DNA from: Camelus dromedarius
Lineage: Eukaryota
Assembly: GCF_036321535.1 (NCBI RefSeq)
Contig: NC_087437.1
Coordinates: forward strand, 31,188,001-31,252,000
DNA: 64,000 bases
Direction of reading: 5' to 3'
Shown here: positions 63,481 through 64,000 of the stretch, piece after piece
How positions within the stretch are numbered: position 1 is the stretch's first letter
Layout: each line of letters starts with the position of its first letter
Translations under genes and position numbers: made by a program
Notes under the pieces: model-generated
What the model was told of the DNA's origin: nothing
What the model saw: only the letters and a program-made list of their open reading frames with translations
The model's database searches: none

Positions 63481-64000
63481 GCATTTGAGTTATTTCTATT
63501 ATCATTGAGTAAAGAGGGGGGAATATTTACTCTCCAGAGCATTTTATTTAATTATGCGCCTACTGTCTTCTAGGAAAAAAGTGCTATTTAGAATTTTACT
63601 CTCACACCAACTTTGAACAACTTCTTTGTGGTTATGTCTTCTGTTGGTAAATTCATTAGGAGCCAGACAACGATTCTGAGAGTGAGAGCAGTCCACTCTG
63701 AGAATTCCGGTTCTGGTCTCAAATCCGTCTCAGGTGTGGCCTGTGGAAGCTGATTTCTGGTCATGTGAGTCAAGAGTCAAGATATCGTCCCCTGAACTGC
63801 CACAGAAGAGCAGTGACAACAGATCTGTTTAACTGGCGCTCCAGTGTGAGTGCCTGGATGCCCGATGTGAGGTTAATTAGATTAACTAGAGAAACCATCA
63901 CCTTGTCTCAGAAAAATGAATTAATTTAGCCCCAGATCACATTGAAAATTTATAACACTAATGTGTATCAGGTAAAAATAGATAACTCTTTGGGAAACTT

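Noticed and set aside
1..64000. CRISPR arrays, operons, rRNA/snRNA genes or a novel multi-gene system
   Set aside because: No regularly spaced repeats, gene-dense coding sequence or recognisable structural RNA; this is repeat-rich mammalian DNA

Overview
Mammalian, non-coding-dominated genomic DNA, most likely camelid (camel/alpaca/llama). Six tRNA-derived SINEs resemble camelid Vic-1 as I recall it, and I saw no Alu, Bov-A/Bov-B or PRE-1. Much of the window is interspersed repeat: young and old L1s, L2, MIR, CR1/L3, MaLR and ERVL LTRs, and Tigger and hAT DNA transposons. No known protein-coding exon was recognised. The longer ORFs are L1 ORF2 remnants or look like chance. L1s lie almost all on the minus strand, which suggests a large intron of a plus-strand gene. 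Best leads: (1) a ~124-bp segment of local DNA (matching 18402-18525) fused to the 5' junction of an L1 stub, inside a four-level nested insertion; (2) a candidate alternative first exon encoding MPPPCCYPPPQIK with a consensus donor; (3) two non-coding exon-like segments bracketed by inverted SINEs; (4) strong CTCF, RFX and homeodomain-dimer motifs. I found no convincing novel biological system, and no CRISPR or prokaryotic features. Repeat subfamily names come from recalled consensus sequences. Old-repeat boundaries are approximate.
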